Source of the DNA: Candidatus Multivoradales bacterium
Lineage (GTDB): Bacteria; Acidobacteriota; Thermoanaerobaculia; Multivoradales; JAHEKO01
NCBI GenBank assembly: GCA_965248055.1
Contig: CBDFIJ010000004.1
Location: forward strand, 704,001-768,000
Length of the DNA: 64,000 bases
Direction: 5' to 3'
In this document: positions 61,566 through 64,000 of the stretch, piece by piece
How positions within the stretch are numbered: position 1 is the stretch's first letter
How the letters are laid out: the number at the start of each line of letters is the position of its first letter
Program-made: the position numbers and the translations under genes
Notes under the pieces: model-generated
Database searches by the model: none
Seen by the model: the letters and a program-made list of their open reading frames with translations, nothing else
Told to the model about the DNA's origin: nothing

Positions 61566-62186
61566 TCAGTCCGATTCCAGAAGATTGCTCACTTCAGCGG
61601 TCAACGGGGAATTGGGGAACTGATCAGCCAGTTCGACAATCGTCGACTGCAAATCCTCACTGAGGCCAGCTGCCTGCTGAGTTAGAGCTGCCTCATAGAG
61701 CCGGAGATCTTCGGGAAGCGAGCCCCCTTGCAAAATCGCCAGAGCCTCCTCGTACTGTTCGGTCGCGCGCAATTGATGAACCCGGTTGGTGGTCGCGACC
61801 ACGGAGATCGCATCTACGCCAGAGCCTTCGGCCTGCTGCCAAAGCTCGGCCTGTTCGGCATCGGCTAGGGTAGCCTGATAAAGGCGCGCCATGCGGCCCG
61901 TAGCACCGCCGTACTGATCGACCACCGCGTCCAGTGAACTGCCGTCGACAGAGCCGCCATCGGTAGCATCCAAACCGCTCACCGCCTGGTGTAGAGCATA
62001 GGCGCCACGCTCGGCGCGCGCTTGACGCTGCTGCATCCAAAATGCGACCGCCAGCACCACCAAAGCCAGCATACCTGCGCCGATCAAAATTCGTTTCCAG
62101 TTATCCGCTACGTACTGAACCCCGCGTTCCAACGCTTCTCCAACCTCGTCGTGGCGAAGCTCTTCACGGGTGAGATGGTCTGACAT
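61566..62186 (-). CDS. YfgM-like single-TM TPR protein
   Basis: LTREELRHDE N-terminus, one TM helix, helical repeats, DQYG and QFPNS motifs. Confidence 0.7.
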   Translation of the reverse strand: MSDHLTREELRHDEVGEALERGVQYVADNWKRILIGAGMLALVVLAVAFWMQQRQARAERGAYALHQAVSGLDATDGGSVDGSSLDAVVDQYGGATGRMARLYQATLADAEQAELWQQAEGSGVDAISVVATTNRVHQLRATEQYEEALAILQGGSLPEDLRLYEAALTQQAAGLSEDLQSTIVELADQFPNSPLTAEVSNLLESD

Positions 62187-62268
62187 TCCTTAATTTCCTC
62201 TCTTGATGGATCGTAGTTACTGCATGCAGTGCGAGCTTAAGTATATTTCTTCACGCTTAACTTAGGGA

Positions 62269-62318
62269 TGGTGCGGCTGGAGGGAGTCGAACCCCCGACC
62301 TAGAGCTTAGGAGGCTCC
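62269..62318 (-). tRNA. 3' half of tRNA-Arg(CCT) only; att-site remnant
   Basis: Minus strand GGAGC-CTCCTAA-GCTCT-AGGTC-GGGGG-TTCGACT-CCCTC-CAGCCGC-ACCA. No D arm or 5' acceptor strand upstream. Confidence 0.88.
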
Positions 62319-62395
62319 ATCTTATTGTACGTAAGTGTTTTAAATTCAGTTAATTAGATGGGGTCTTTCTATTCGTGTATCGGTAGTGTATCTGC

Positions 62396-62851
62396 CTAGT
62401 CCAGCTGTGGTTTATAGAGGTTCTGAAGGTCCTCCATCACACTCACAATGAACCGCTCTACGAACCTCTCCACTACTTCAGACGTCAGATCGCTAGGGGC
62501 CACTCTTTCGTCGAAGAACTGCTTGCTTGCCGCAGCCCCCACGATTCTTATGGTCTTGGTCGTCGCTTCTGCCTGAAGTACTAGCTTGTACTCCTTTGCT
62601 ATCTGATCGCCATCGGTATTGCCATCAGGGGTCATCACGAGGTCTAGGGTTGCACTCTGCTGACTATCTATGAATATTTGGCATTGGCTTACGTACTCGC
62701 CGTTCGAGCGAATACCCTCTGCCGCAACGTTGAAGACGTACTGCGCCTTTCGCATCCAGTTGGAGCTACCTGCCATGTACAGGTCGCGGGCCTCCTCGTA
62801 CCCAGGAATGCCGTCCTTAACTATCTGTGCAACTCGCTCTGGAAAACTCAT
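62396..62851 (-). CDS. Hypothetical protein (island)
   Basis: Clean 151-aa ORF from ATG 62851, preceded by TATAGT-N6; no recognised motif. Confidence 0.65.
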   Translation of the reverse strand: MSFPERVAQIVKDGIPGYEEARDLYMAGSSNWMRKAQYVFNVAAEGIRSNGEYVSQCQIFIDSQQSATLDLVMTPDGNTDGDQIAKEYKLVLQAEATTKTIRIVGAAASKQFFDERVAPSDLTSEVVERFVERFIVSVMEDLQNLYKPQLD

Positions 62852-62858
62852 GAGCGAA

Positions 62859-63629
62859 CTATACAACCAAGTTGGCTACTCGATCAGCCGATTCCAAGAT
62901 CCGCCGTAGCTTCGGATGGATCTCCACGGCAATGCCCACCTTGTCTTCAAATATGGTCGCAATCGCATCCTGCAGTAGTTCATAACTACCCCAGACCAAT
63001 CCCACAGACTCGTGAAAGCTGCCTAGCAGTTCCTTCGTGATGGACTTTAGTGATCCTGTGATGTCTTGGTCCACATATTTGGCAGCCTTGGCTTTTTGAG
63101 CCTCACCGGTGAGATCACCTTCAAGGGTCCTTAGGTTAGCTGCGTACTGCGGCTGAAACCCCTCTTTATGAATGCTCGCGCGTGTCTCAAGTACATAGGC
63201 AAGGTGGTCAAACGCCCATTGACCATTCCGCAAAACGTTGAGTACCTCTGCAGTCTCACCTCGAAGAAGAAACGCAAGCGCCTTTAAGTCCAAGGGTGGA
63301 GGAATCGACGGAACTACCGCAGCGGGCATTTGAAACCATGCGTCTGGGTTGGCCTGCCACTTCTCAATATCCAAGCCTCCGTCAATACTAGTAAGCCAAT
63401 TCAGCTGCCCAACCAAAGAAAACACCGCCAACTGACTGGCTGCGAAGTCCTCTTTTTCCTTGTGGCGTGACTCCCGCCGCTCCTGGTAGCGGAAGGCAGC
63501 AAACGCGCCCGCCCACGCTGCACCAAAAGCAATAGTGCCAGTCACCAGCCATCCCCCCACCACCATAAGAATGCGAAGGCTGTCTCCCCCGCCGCCATCG
63601 GCCCCCATCAACTCAGGAAGAAAATTCAT
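62859..63629 (-). CDS. Hypothetical protein with N-terminal TM helix (island)
   Basis: 256-aa ORF: TM segment, charged stretch YQERRESRHKEKE, helical body. Confidence 0.7.
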   Translation of the reverse strand: MNFLPELMGADGGGGDSLRILMVVGGWLVTGTIAFGAAWAGAFAAFRYQERRESRHKEKEDFAASQLAVFSLVGQLNWLTSIDGGLDIEKWQANPDAWFQMPAAVVPSIPPPLDLKALAFLLRGETAEVLNVLRNGQWAFDHLAYVLETRASIHKEGFQPQYAANLRTLEGDLTGEAQKAKAAKYVDQDITGSLKSITKELLGSFHESVGLVWGSYELLQDAIATIFEDKVGIAVEIHPKLRRILESADRVANLVV

Positions 63630-63724
63630 CGTCTTGCGCTTCGATCCATTCAGTTACCGCACTGTATCTGTTGTAGAGGTTTGGCCGTAGCCGGGTTACT
63701 TGGCCATTTTGGTGAGTTTCTTCC

Positions 63725-63910
63725 TCAGACCTTCTTTTGGGGCGGCAAACTCGCTGTCCAATCGACAGGCTCTCGCTCCTGCCCTTCCCCTTGTTGTTGA
63801 TCAGGCTCAGCTAACCACGGGAACTCGATCTCACGCAATGCCTTGGTTTGTGCCTCCGTGGGTTCTGGCTGGGCGCCCATCCTCAGGTAGTCGTTGAATG
63901 TACGGGCCAT
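63725..63910 (-). CDS. Small hypothetical protein (island)
   Basis: 61-aa ORF, same strand as its neighbours, TAATAT 9 nt upstream of the ATG. Confidence 0.4.
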   Translation of the reverse strand: MARTFNDYLRMGAQPEPTEAQTKALREIEFPWLAEPDQQQGEGQEREPVDWTASLPPQKKV

Positions 63911-64000
63911 GGTGGAAACATATTACAACCGCCCCTCAAACAATACTCATCGCCAGTACTGACGTTATGCTTTTTCACAAAACACGGTCCAGGCTGGACC

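Larger units (their letters stand above)
62269..64000. mobile_element. Edge of an integrated element (genomic island/prophage) inserted in tRNA-Arg(CCT); continues beyond the window
   Basis: tRNA 3' fragment at the boundary, AT-rich flank, GTGTATC direct repeats (62375-62381, 62386-62392), then visibly AT-richer orphan genes. No integrase in the window. Confidence 0.7.

Noticed and set aside
62269-62318. Functional tRNA-Arg gene
   Set aside because: D arm and 5' acceptor strand are missing.

Overview
GC-rich bacterial chromosome segment, probably Acidobacteriota; this is inferred from tandem Acidobacterial-type VWA proteins and gene order, not from a database match. Most of it is housekeeping: M23-secA, guaB, trxA-ribF-rimO, asnS, rnc, mutL, the phoH-7TM/HD-ybeY-era-mgtE-recO-glyQS-ppdK cluster, tsaE-nnr, lgt-thiD-ypdA, cinA-gpsA-guaA and pdp. 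The first accessory zone (1.9-5.2 kb) has a decayed secreted-protein gene split by an intact IS30 element (3-bp TSD CCG). Next to it is an intact IS481-family element (5-bp TSD TTGAG) whose right TSD directly abuts a perfect TTGACA -35 box and whose ~210-nt leader is almost fully structured. The second zone starts at ~62.3 kb: the edge of an integrated element, marked by a displaced 3' half of tRNA-Arg(CCT) and followed by orphan genes. The best leads are the possibly promoter-targeting IS481 with its structured RNA, a ~187-nt rod-like unassigned ncRNA candidate at 19.5 kb, and a recurring leaderless-mRNA architecture (TAnnnT-N6-start). Two single-base frameshifts (nnr, SAM hydrolase) may be assembly errors. 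No CRISPR array, rRNA or complete tRNA was seen. All calls come from motif recognition by eye; no searches or folding programs were run.
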